Origin: Patescibacteria group bacterium
GTDB lineage: Bacteria > Patescibacteriota > Patescibacteriia > UBA1558 > GWA2-36-10
Assembly: GCA_041662585.1 (NCBI GenBank)
Contig: JBAZSG010000006.1
Location: 4,155-68,154 of the forward strand
Direction: 5' to 3'
DNA: 64,000 nucleotides
Under the pieces are notes generated by a model that was not told the origin of the DNA, did not search any database, and worked only from the letters and a program-made list of their open reading frames with translations. How positions within the stretch are numbered: position 1 is the first letter of the stretch; each line of letters starts with the position of its first letter. Below, piece by piece: positions 38,252-46,863 of the stretch. A program made the translations under genes and the position numbers.

Positions 38252-39017
38252 TATGTCATCAAGTGAACGTTTTGGTTATGAATGGGATAAATATTCGGGT
38301 ATCGATTCTAACTATGAAAAACAATTTAAAAATTGGATATATCCTCTTGAATCAGAGTTTTTTAAAGACAAAGTGATTTTAGATGCGGGCTGTGGTATGG
38401 GTAGAAATAGTTTTTGGCCACTCCAATGGGGAGCAAGAGAAGTTGTAGCCTTTGATTTTGATAGACGTTCGGTTGAATCAGCTAAGAGAAATTTAGAACA
38501 TTTTAATAATGTAGAAGTTTTTTATAAAAGTATTTATGATATTACTTGGGTGGATAAATTTGATATAGCTTTTAGTATTGGTGTGATACATCATTTGAAA
38601 GATCCAAAACAAGCTTTGCAAAATATGATTAAAGCTTTAAAATCAGATGGCACGCTTTTGATTTGGGTTTATAGTTATGAAGGTAATGAATGGATAGTAA
38701 AATTAGTTGATCCCATTAGAAAAAATATTACTTCAAAATTACCAGTTGGCTTAGTGCATTTTTTAAGTTATTTATGTTCTATACCTTTATATATTTTTAT
38801 AAAAATGTTTAAAAATACAAATGGTTATTTAAAACAAATTTCTAATTTTAAATTTTGGCATGTACATAGTATAGTTTTTGATCAATTGATACCGGACATA
38901 GCTAATTATTGGAAAAAGACCGAAGTAGAAGAATTATTTTTAAATTTAGGTTTAAAATCAGTGGATATTCATCAACCGCCAAATAAATCTGGTTGGATAA
39001 TTATTGGAAAAAAATAA
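38229..39017 (+). CDS. class I SAM-dependent methyltransferase
   Basis: 262 aa; 'VILDAGCGMGRNSF' motif I, 'FDIAFSIGVIHHL'. Confidence 0.65.
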   Translation: MNLFVRNNMSSSERFGYEWDKYSGIDSNYEKQFKNWIYPLESEFFKDKVILDAGCGMGRNSFWPLQWGAREVVAFDFDRRSVESAKRNLEHFNNVEVFYKSIYDITWVDKFDIAFSIGVIHHLKDPKQALQNMIKALKSDGTLLIWVYSYEGNEWIVKLVDPIRKNITSKLPVGLVHFLSYLCSIPLYIFIKMFKNTNGYLKQISNFKFWHVHSIVFDQLIPDIANYWKKTEVEELFLNLGLKSVDIHQPPNKSGWIIIGKK

Positions 39018-39043
39018 GCATTTTTGTCAAACAAGTAAACTCC

Positions 39044-39083
39044 GATCTGCGAGGTTGGTACAACCTCGCAGATCGCTTATTTT
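39044..39083 (+). terminator. rho-independent terminator (GATCTGCGAGGTTG-GTA-CAACCTCGCAGATC + TTATTTTAT)
   Basis: 14-bp perfect stem after the last methyltransferase; shares the 10-mer AACCTCGCAG, in inverted orientation, with the 17191..17228 terminator. Confidence 0.7.
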
Positions 39084-39158
39084 ATAGCTTTTTTCTTCTT
39101 TGTGATTATAGGTAAAATATGTTATAATTTATACACCAAAAAACAAAAATAAAGTATA

Positions 39159-40301
39159 GTGAAAGTATTTGAAACAAAAATTTATCTAAGATTTTTATCT
39201 TGGTTTATTGCCGTAGCATTTTTGCCATTAGCCGCTTTATTTTTATCAATATATCTTTTTAATTCAGCTTTACTACAATCAGTTTTAATAGAATCAAGAG
39301 ATACAGTATTATTTGCTATTTTTATTTCTCTGGCTTTAATTTTATTATTATCTTTGATAGCTACAAAACTATTATCAAAATCAATTATCAAGCCTATTAA
39401 AATATCGGTTTGGGAATTATCAAAAGTAGTAGGAGATTTATTTAAAACAGTACAAAATCTTTCAGCTATTAGCCAAAACAACGGAGAATTATCAGATTCT
39501 TTGTTGCGTAGTAGCCAAGCTCAAAAAACTGGCTTAAAAACAGGTAGTAAGGCGGTATTTGATATGGTAAATTCTTTGAATCAAGTTGCTCAAAAGACCA
39601 AATTGGCCGCTACCAAGACACGTAATGTGGATAAATTAGCTAGTGATAGTGGTGATAGATCAAAAGAAGCTTTGGATAGTTTGGTAGTGGTAAGACAATT
39701 ACTTACTGAAAATCAAAAACTTAGTCATGCTCTTGATGGCTATGCTGAAGATGTAAAAAATATATCTTCACGAGTAGTTATTTTGGCTGAAACAGCCAAA
39801 TTTCTGAGTCTCAATGTTTCTATTGAGGCTAGTAAGACTTCTTTTGGTAATGATTTTTCAGATTTGGTTTCCCAAATTAGAGAATTAAATATTATTAGTG
39901 AGCAAGCAGCCGAATCCATTGGCACTTTGGTTGCTAATATGCAACGACAAATAGAACAGTCTGGTGATTTTTCAAAACATCAAGCCCAAGAAACAGATAA
40001 AACAATCAAAGTGGTGAGTCAAAATATCCATTTTTTGTCTAAGATAGCAGCAAATATGCTGCAAATATCTCAAAATGTGCAAGCCATAGACCAAGAAACC
40101 CAAGAGACTAGACAGGACTCTGAAGACATTGGTACCATGATCAAAAAATTGGATACTGAAGCCAAGTCTTTGGTAGGTCATGTTGATACTGTAACACAAA
40201 CTATTAATCAGCAAGTAGCTATTATTAGGTCACTAAACAAATCTTCAACAGCGCTCAATGCAGTGACAACTACCCTTAATGATTTGGTAGGAGAAAAATA
40301 A
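39159..40301 (+). CDS. methyl-accepting chemotaxis protein-like transducer (two TM helices, no periplasmic sensor domain)
   Basis: 380 aa; two N-terminal TM helices ~15 aa apart, then a coiled-coil signalling domain (..SRVVILAETAKFLSLNVSIEASKT..). Confidence 0.65.
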   Translation: MKVFETKIYLRFLSWFIAVAFLPLAALFLSIYLFNSALLQSVLIESRDTVLFAIFISLALILLLSLIATKLLSKSIIKPIKISVWELSKVVGDLFKTVQNLSAISQNNGELSDSLLRSSQAQKTGLKTGSKAVFDMVNSLNQVAQKTKLAATKTRNVDKLASDSGDRSKEALDSLVVVRQLLTENQKLSHALDGYAEDVKNISSRVVILAETAKFLSLNVSIEASKTSFGNDFSDLVSQIRELNIISEQAAESIGTLVANMQRQIEQSGDFSKHQAQETDKTIKVVSQNIHFLSKIAANMLQISQNVQAIDQETQETRQDSEDIGTMIKKLDTEAKSLVGHVDTVTQTINQQVAIIRSLNKSSTALNAVTTTLNDLVGEK

Positions 40302-40303
40302 AT

Positions 40304-40726
40304 ATGACAGCTAGATCAGAAAAATTTATTTTATTTTATATAGGAGACGAGCAATATGCTTTGCCAGTTTTGATTGGTAATCAATTTATTGAATTTGAAA
40401 ATATGACTCTTATACCAAAAATTAGCCAAAAAATAAAAGGTCTTATTTATCACAATGGCAATATTGTTACTATCATTGATACCAAAGAGTTATTAAACAT
40501 AAAAATATTACAAAAAAATAAACAATTGATGTGTCTGACATTTGAAGCAGATGGATATTATTATGGTTTATTGGTCGATCAAGGAGGTGAAACTTTGGCA
40601 GTCAACAAGACTTTTAATGATAGACACAAAAAAGTTTTTAGCAAATATTTTAGGACAAAAGACAAGAAAAAAGTTTATATATTAGACATAGATGATATTT
40701 TATCTCAAATAAATATTTATGATTAG
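40304..40726 (+). CDS. cheW: CheW-like coupling protein
   Basis: 140 aa; 'FILFYIGDEQYALPVLIGNQFIEFENMTLIP..GLIYHNGNIVTIIDTKELLNI' CheW fold pattern. Confidence 0.7.
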   Translation: MTARSEKFILFYIGDEQYALPVLIGNQFIEFENMTLIPKISQKIKGLIYHNGNIVTIIDTKELLNIKILQKNKQLMCLTFEADGYYYGLLVDQGGETLAVNKTFNDRHKKVFSKYFRTKDKKKVYILDIDDILSQINIYD

Positions 40727-42263
40727 CACCAAATATAAAGATTTATATTTATCTACCACCAAAGAACAATTTAAAAAATTGTCTACTTTGTTGTTATATT
40801 TAGAAAAAAAACCAGCTAGTCAAAATTTGATTGAAAATATTTTTCGCCTTATTCATTCTATGAAGGGAGCAGCAGCTACTATGTCTTACAAAAAGACAGT
40901 CAATCTTTTGCATGCTATGGAATCGGTAGTAGATGCTGCCTACAATGGAGATTTGCGTATAAATCAAAAGATTTTGAATTCATTTTTTGATATTTTGGAT
41001 ATTTTGAAACAAAATTTTAATAGTATAGACAAACACAACAAAGAAATTGTACTCACTAAGCAAATAAAGCTTATCAAGACACTTTTGAATCAAAAAAATA
41101 CCAAAGATGCTAGTAAACAAAAAAAAGAAAAACATATACTCGGATCTTTGCCCAGCGTAGCTGAACTGACAGTCTCTACTGACAAGCTCGATGATATTGG
41201 TAATTCTTTGGATGATCTGCTTATCAATGCTATGAAAATAAAAAACAAAGCCAAAGGATCGGAGGATGTTGATTTTTTAAAAGTTTGTGTTGACAATGAC
41301 AAAATTTTGGCCAATTTGAGAAGACAATTGGAAAAAATAAGAATAGTACCACTCAAAGATGTCTTGTCATCACTACCATATTTAGTTAGAGAGATAGCTA
41401 GAAACGAAAACAAACAGGTAGAGATTGTTATCAAAGATCACAATATATCTTTGGACAAGGCTATTGTAGATGAGATTGTAGAAATATTAATACAATTACT
41501 CAAAAATGCAGTGGCACACGGTATAGCCAGTAAACCAGTCAAAGGTAAAATAATAGTTGATTTTTCTTTGGTGGGGGACAGAATGTATATATCGGTCGAG
41601 GATAATGGTCAAGGTATCAATTGGCAAGATATATTAGCTTTAGCTATTAAAAATAAAATAATATCTAGTCAAAAAGCAAAGACTATGACTATAGATCAGA
41701 TAAAAAAGTTTATTTTTCAAGCAGGTATTTCCAAGGGTAGAAATTTGAATACTGTTTCAGGTAGAGGTATTGGGCTCAGCTTGGTCAAAGCCAAAACAGA
41801 AGAACTAGGTGGTTCTATAGAAGTAATTTCCAAAATAAATAAAGGTACAAAATTTATTATTGACTTACCACAGCCGCTATCTGTTTTTAGGAGTATTATT
41901 TTCAACTTGTTGGGTTATGTTTTTGCTTTGCCACTTGATTTTATAGATAAAATAATAAATTTAGATGATGTAAAAAATCTAAATAAAACCAAGATTTTTA
42001 CTTATAAAAAAAATAAATATAAGCTAATTTCTTTGCTAAATATTTTTGATATAAAAAACTTTGAGCCTTTGTACAAGTATATAGCTTTGATAAATTATAA
42101 AGGATCAAAAGTTGCCTTACCAATTATCAGACAAGTGCAAGAAGATGAACTGATTATGAAAAAAGCTCCTTTGATTTTTAAAAATAATAAATACATAAAA
42201 GGCGTAGCTGTATCAGCTCAAGGTCAGGCAATATTAGTATTGGATATAAATAATTTAATTTAA
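40719..42263 (+). CDS. cheA: CheA-type histidine kinase (HPt, dimerisation, HATPase_c, CheW-like domains)
   Basis: 514 aa; HPt 'LIHSMKGAAATM'; HATPase 'DNGQGINW'; 'SGRGIGLSLVKAKTEELGGSIEVIS'; C-terminal CheW-like domain. Confidence 0.8.
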   Translation: MISTKYKDLYLSTTKEQFKKLSTLLLYLEKKPASQNLIENIFRLIHSMKGAAATMSYKKTVNLLHAMESVVDAAYNGDLRINQKILNSFFDILDILKQNFNSIDKHNKEIVLTKQIKLIKTLLNQKNTKDASKQKKEKHILGSLPSVAELTVSTDKLDDIGNSLDDLLINAMKIKNKAKGSEDVDFLKVCVDNDKILANLRRQLEKIRIVPLKDVLSSLPYLVREIARNENKQVEIVIKDHNISLDKAIVDEIVEILIQLLKNAVAHGIASKPVKGKIIVDFSLVGDRMYISVEDNGQGINWQDILALAIKNKIISSQKAKTMTIDQIKKFIFQAGISKGRNLNTVSGRGIGLSLVKAKTEELGGSIEVISKINKGTKFIIDLPQPLSVFRSIIFNLLGYVFALPLDFIDKIINLDDVKNLNKTKIFTYKKNKYKLISLLNIFDIKNFEPLYKYIALINYKGSKVALPIIRQVQEDELIMKKAPLIFKNNKYIKGVAVSAQGQAILVLDINNLI

Positions 42264-42267
42264 AAAT

Positions 42268-42795
42268 ATGGATATTAAAGCAAAAATTTTGTTTGTTGAT
42301 GATGATGCTTTTCTTCGTAAAGTCTACAAGTCAGAGCTTAGTGATCAGGGTTATGAAGTAATTTTGGCGGCTGATGGAGGAGAAGGCTTGGAAAAGGCTC
42401 AAATTTCTGATCCAGATTTGATTATTTTGGATATGATAATGCCTATAAAAAATGGTTTTGAAGTTTTGACTGAGTTACAAAACAATCCAAAAACAAAAAA
42501 TATTCCAGTCATCATATTATCAAACCTTGGTCAGAAAGACGATATCAAAAAAGGTTTGGATTTGGGAGCAGTAGATTATTTGATAAAAGATAATATAACT
42601 TTAAATACTATTGTGGAAAAGGTTAGACATTATTTGAATTCCAAAACAAAATCAAAGAGTGCCAAGATGAATGGTAGTCATCACCATCATCGCGAAACAG
42701 ACCTTAAAAAAGAAGATAAGGTGAATGGCAAAACCAGAGAGGATGGCCTGGGCCATAAACAATATTATAAATCCGAACCAAGTAGAGAAAAATAA
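42268..42795 (+). CDS. CheY-like response regulator receiver protein with His-rich C-terminal tail
   Basis: 175 aa; 'ILFVDDDAFLRKV', 'LIILDMIMP', 'IPVIILSN' receiver signature; tail 'NGSHHHHRETD'. Confidence 0.8.
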   Translation: MDIKAKILFVDDDAFLRKVYKSELSDQGYEVILAADGGEGLEKAQISDPDLIILDMIMPIKNGFEVLTELQNNPKTKNIPVIILSNLGQKDDIKKGLDLGAVDYLIKDNITLNTIVEKVRHYLNSKTKSKSAKMNGSHHHHRETDLKKEDKVNGKTREDGLGHKQYYKSEPSREK

Positions 42796-42797
42796 AT

Positions 42798-44483
42798 ATG
42801 AAAATTATAAGTGACGAGAAAATTTATAGAATTATTAGCAAGATTGGTTTGATTGATTTGGGGGTTTTGGATACCGCACTTCAAGCTGCCAAAGAACAAG
42901 AAGTAGATTTTGTTGATTTTTTGATAAAACAAGATCTTATAAAATCCAATGAGATTGGACAGTTGATAGCCAATGATTTACACATCAAATATATTGATTT
43001 GAGTAGAGAGCAAATTGATTCCAATGTACTAAATATTATTCCAGAAATAGTAGCTCGCAAACAAAATATTATTGCCTTTAAAAGAGACGAAGAAGGTTTG
43101 AAAATAGCCATGCTGGATCCATATAATTATGAGATGATCAAGATGGTTGAAAAAAAGGCTGGAGAAAAAGTATTGCCATATTTTTCTACAGAATATGATA
43201 TCAAAAATACTTTTGCTCTTTATAGAAAATCCATTCAACAAGAATATGCTACCAACATTCAAAAACATGCTATCAAAGCTCAGGGAGCCAATGTAGAATC
43301 AGTATCAGTAGTCAAATTGGTAGATGATATTTTTTCTTATGCTTATACCAATCATGCGTCTGATGTGCATATCGAGCCAGAGGACAAAGAAATAAAAATT
43401 CGTTTTAGGATAGATGGGATACTGTATGATGTATTGACACTGAGTAAAGGTATTTTGGAATTGATAGTAGCTAGAATAAAGATTTTGGCCAAATTGAGAA
43501 CTGACGAAAGTCGAGCTGCCCAAGATGGAAAAATCGTTACCAGAGTAGAGGCTGAAAAAGTAGATATTCGTGTATCCATTGTACCCATTACTCATGGTGA
43601 GAAAATAGTGCTGCGTCTTTTGTCTTCAAAAGGAAAACAATTTTCTTTGGAAGATTTGGGTATGACTGGTAGAGATTTAGAAATAGTGCAAAGAGCGGCC
43701 AAGCGTCCTTATGGTATGATTTTGTCCACTGGTCCTACTGGCTCTGGTAAAACAACTACTTTGTATGCCTTGATAAAGTTGCTTAACAATCGAAATATAA
43801 ACATTTGTACTATTGAAGATCCAGTAGAATATGATTTGGAAGGCATCAATCAAATCCAAGTAAACCCTCAAACCAATCTTACTTTTGCTCAAGGACTTAG
43901 ATCATTGCTTCGTCAAGATCCTGATATTATCATGGTTGGTGAAATCAGAGATGAAGAAACAGCTAGTATTGCTGTCAATTCTGCCATGACAGGACATCTG
44001 GTATTATCAACCCTTCATACCAATGACGCGGCTACATCTTTGCCCAGACTTTTGGATATGAAGATAGAGCCATTTTTGGTGGCTTCCACAGTCAATATAA
44101 TAATTGCTCAACGTCTACTTCGTAAAATTTGTATGAAATGTATAGTTTCTTATACATTAAAAGACAAAGAAATAGAACAACTCAAGTCAGAAATTGAGTT
44201 AAATAAATTTTTGAACATAGAAAAAATATCAGATGTTCGTTTTTATAAAGGCAAAGGTTGCAAATCCTGTAATAATAGTGGCTATATTGGTCGTATTGGT
44301 ATTTTTGAAGTTTTGGAAGTTACTGATGATATAAAAGAGTTGATTATGGCTAGAGCTGACAATGAACAAATAAAAAAGAAAGCCATGGGCAATGGCATGA
44401 AAACTATGTTTGAAGATGGTTTTGATAAAGCTATATCTGGTAAGACCACCTTGGACGAAATATTTAGAGTTACTAAACAATAA
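42798..44483 (+). CDS. pilB: type IV pilus assembly ATPase PilB (GspE family)
   Basis: 561 aa; N-terminal GSPII_E_N-like region, Walker A 'GPTGSGKTTTLYA', Asp/His boxes, C-terminal tetracysteine 'CMKC..CKSCNNSGYIGR'. Confidence 0.85.
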   Translation: MKIISDEKIYRIISKIGLIDLGVLDTALQAAKEQEVDFVDFLIKQDLIKSNEIGQLIANDLHIKYIDLSREQIDSNVLNIIPEIVARKQNIIAFKRDEEGLKIAMLDPYNYEMIKMVEKKAGEKVLPYFSTEYDIKNTFALYRKSIQQEYATNIQKHAIKAQGANVESVSVVKLVDDIFSYAYTNHASDVHIEPEDKEIKIRFRIDGILYDVLTLSKGILELIVARIKILAKLRTDESRAAQDGKIVTRVEAEKVDIRVSIVPITHGEKIVLRLLSSKGKQFSLEDLGMTGRDLEIVQRAAKRPYGMILSTGPTGSGKTTTLYALIKLLNNRNINICTIEDPVEYDLEGINQIQVNPQTNLTFAQGLRSLLRQDPDIIMVGEIRDEETASIAVNSAMTGHLVLSTLHTNDAATSLPRLLDMKIEPFLVASTVNIIIAQRLLRKICMKCIVSYTLKDKEIEQLKSEIELNKFLNIEKISDVRFYKGKGCKSCNNSGYIGRIGIFEVLEVTDDIKELIMARADNEQIKKKAMGNGMKTMFEDGFDKAISGKTTLDEIFRVTKQ

Positions 44484-44498
44484 AATAAATATAAATAT

Positions 44499-45716
44499 AT
44501 GTTGTTTGCTTATAAACTTTCAGATAATAAAAACAAGATAACTGCTGGTACTATTGATGCTCCAAATCGTCAGCAAGCTAGAAATCAATTGTTGCTTCGA
44601 GATGGTATTTTGATATCTTTGGAGCCAGCTGGCAGGTCAAATATACATCATAAAGTTGGTGGAAAACAATTGTTATTTGGTCGGATAAAACTTTTGGAAA
44701 AAGTAATGTTTGCCAAACATTTATCAGTGATGATCAAAGCTGGCATGTCTATTGACGGGTCTTTGGAAGCTTTAAAAGATAATGCTTCTCCTTTGATGAC
44801 TAGAGTTTTGACAGAAGTTTTATCAGATGTACGTAAAGGAAATGCTCTGTCTTCAGCTCTTAAAAAGCATCCTCGTGATTTTGATTTACTTTTTATAAAT
44901 ATGGTAGCGGCTGGTGAAAAAGGAGGCAACTTGGCCAAAAATTTGAATTTATTATCTGTTCAACAACAAAAATCATACGAATTACGCAAAAAAATAAAAG
45001 CAGCTGCCACTTATCCGACTGTCGTACTTTTGGCTATTGTAGCTTTGACAGCAGTAGTATCAAAATTTGTGTTACCAAAAATTGTCGGGTTTTTTACGAG
45101 TTTGAGTGTAGAGTTGCCTTTTAGTACTAGAATGTTGATAACTTCTGCTACTTTTTTTACTAATTATTGGATGTGGGTAGTACTCGCAACCATATTTTTG
45201 GTAATAACTTGGAATGTAATGGGCAAATTTCCTGTCAGTAGGCTGATACTTCACAAATTTATTATCAAGATACCTATTATTGGCAATTTGGTTATAAATA
45301 TGAATCTAGCTTTGTTTTGCAAAACTTTGGCTAGCTTGCTAAATAGTGGAATTACTATTGATCAAGCTTTGCAAATTGTATCTGAAACTATGACTAGTGA
45401 GGTTTATAAACAACAGACTATAAATATTTATCACAAAGTATTAAAAGGGAATTCTTTGTCGGACTCTATTTCCAACAACAAATATTTTCCTAGTATTGTG
45501 CCTCGTATGAGTATGGTTGGAGAGCAATCTGGAAATTTGAGTGAGGTACTTGAGCATTTGGCTGATTTTTATGAATTAGAGGTAGATAATACTACCAAAA
45601 ATCTTTCTACAATGCTGGAGCCAATACTTTTGGTAGCCATTGGTTTGGTAGTTGGTTTTGTGGCCATGTCTATTATCAATCCAATTTATGACTTAACCAG
45701 CAAGATAAGTCCATAA
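44499..45716 (+). CDS. pilC: type IV pilus inner-membrane platform protein PilC (GspF family)
   Basis: 405 aa; duplicated GspF domains with 3 TM segments; 'LLFINMVAAGEKGGNLAK', 'RMSMVGEQSGNLSEVLEHLADFYE'. Confidence 0.8.
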   Translation: MLFAYKLSDNKNKITAGTIDAPNRQQARNQLLLRDGILISLEPAGRSNIHHKVGGKQLLFGRIKLLEKVMFAKHLSVMIKAGMSIDGSLEALKDNASPLMTRVLTEVLSDVRKGNALSSALKKHPRDFDLLFINMVAAGEKGGNLAKNLNLLSVQQQKSYELRKKIKAAATYPTVVLLAIVALTAVVSKFVLPKIVGFFTSLSVELPFSTRMLITSATFFTNYWMWVVLATIFLVITWNVMGKFPVSRLILHKFIIKIPIIGNLVINMNLALFCKTLASLLNSGITIDQALQIVSETMTSEVYKQQTINIYHKVLKGNSLSDSISNNKYFPSIVPRMSMVGEQSGNLSEVLEHLADFYELEVDNTTKNLSTMLEPILLVAIGLVVGFVAMSIINPIYDLTSKISP

Positions 45717-45773
45717 CTACTCTCCAAAATACCCTTGTCAAAGTGGTTAGATGGATTATAAAAATTTGTACTA

Positions 45774-46862
45774 ATGAAGGAATATAAAATAAATCAAATA
45801 GGTTTTACACTAGTAGAAGTGTTGTTGGTAGTAACTATGTTTACTATTATTTTATCTTCCGTTATTTCTTTGACTACCAATCAGATTTTGGAAAGTGATT
45901 TAGCAGCCAAATCATTGGAAGTAACTTCTTTATTAGAAACAGCTAGGAACAATTCGGCGACTGGCTATCGAGGAGATGTTTGGAGTATCAAGGTGCTAGA
46001 TAGTGATGCTCTGTGTCAAAATAGTGGTGATTGTATATTACTTTTCAAAGGTAATAATTTTAGTACTAGAGACACTGCTTATGATCGTTTTGTCCAGTTT
46101 GACGTAGATGTTAGTGGTGTTTATGTCAACGTTGATCAGGAAAATGAGTTTTATTTTGCTTATTCATCGGGATGGTTGGCTACTACTTCAGCTGCATACT
46201 TAGATCAACAATATATAGTGTTAAATAGCAATTTTGGACAAAAAGAATCTATCTTGATTTATCCTACTGGTGTAATTTCTACTTTTGTTTGTGGGGAAGA
46301 TAAATTGTTTGATATAAATGGCAATGGCTATACAACCGTACAAATAGGCAATCAATGTTGGATGGCTGAAAACTTAAACACCGGTACTATGCTGGCTAGT
46401 GCCAGTATTGACCCAAGTGACGATGGTACTATACAAAAGTGGTGTTACAGCGATACTTCTAGTAATTGTAATAGCTATGGAGGACTTTATGATATAGTTG
46501 AACTTTTGGCTTATAATACTTCTGATAGTCAAGGTATTTGTCCAGCTGGTTGGCACATACCTACTGAAGCTGAAATAAATACTCTAGAGTCCAATTATTC
46601 CAACGGTGTTGACGAGGGATACAATTTAAGATTGGGTGGTATTTCAGGATTTAATTTGCCATTTAGTGGGCAAATAACCAAATCAACAAATGCTTATGCT
46701 GATATAACAACTTTATCTACTATCTGGTCTTCTTATTATACAGGCACGCAAGGTAAAGTTTATTATATTAATGATTCTGTAGACGCAGATGTACTAACAG
46801 CTCTTTTGACTGCTTCACCAAGTGATAAGGGTTATGCTGCTCGTTGTTTAAAAGATTATTAA
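45774..46862 (+). CDS. prepilin-type N-terminal domain protein fused to a Fibrobacter-succinogenes-major-paralogous (FISUMP, TIGR02145-like) domain
   Basis: 362 aa; class III signal 'GFTLVEVLLVVTMFTIIL'; C-terminal 'IGNQCWMAENLN...YGGLYDIVELL...CPAGWHIPTEAEINTLE' matches FISUMP hallmarks. Confidence 0.6.
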   Translation: MKEYKINQIGFTLVEVLLVVTMFTIILSSVISLTTNQILESDLAAKSLEVTSLLETARNNSATGYRGDVWSIKVLDSDALCQNSGDCILLFKGNNFSTRDTAYDRFVQFDVDVSGVYVNVDQENEFYFAYSSGWLATTSAAYLDQQYIVLNSNFGQKESILIYPTGVISTFVCGEDKLFDINGNGYTTVQIGNQCWMAENLNTGTMLASASIDPSDDGTIQKWCYSDTSSNCNSYGGLYDIVELLAYNTSDSQGICPAGWHIPTEAEINTLESNYSNGVDEGYNLRLGGISGFNLPFSGQITKSTNAYADITTLSTIWSSYYTGTQGKVYYINDSVDADVLTALLTASPSDKGYAARCLKDY

Positions 46863-46863
46863 A

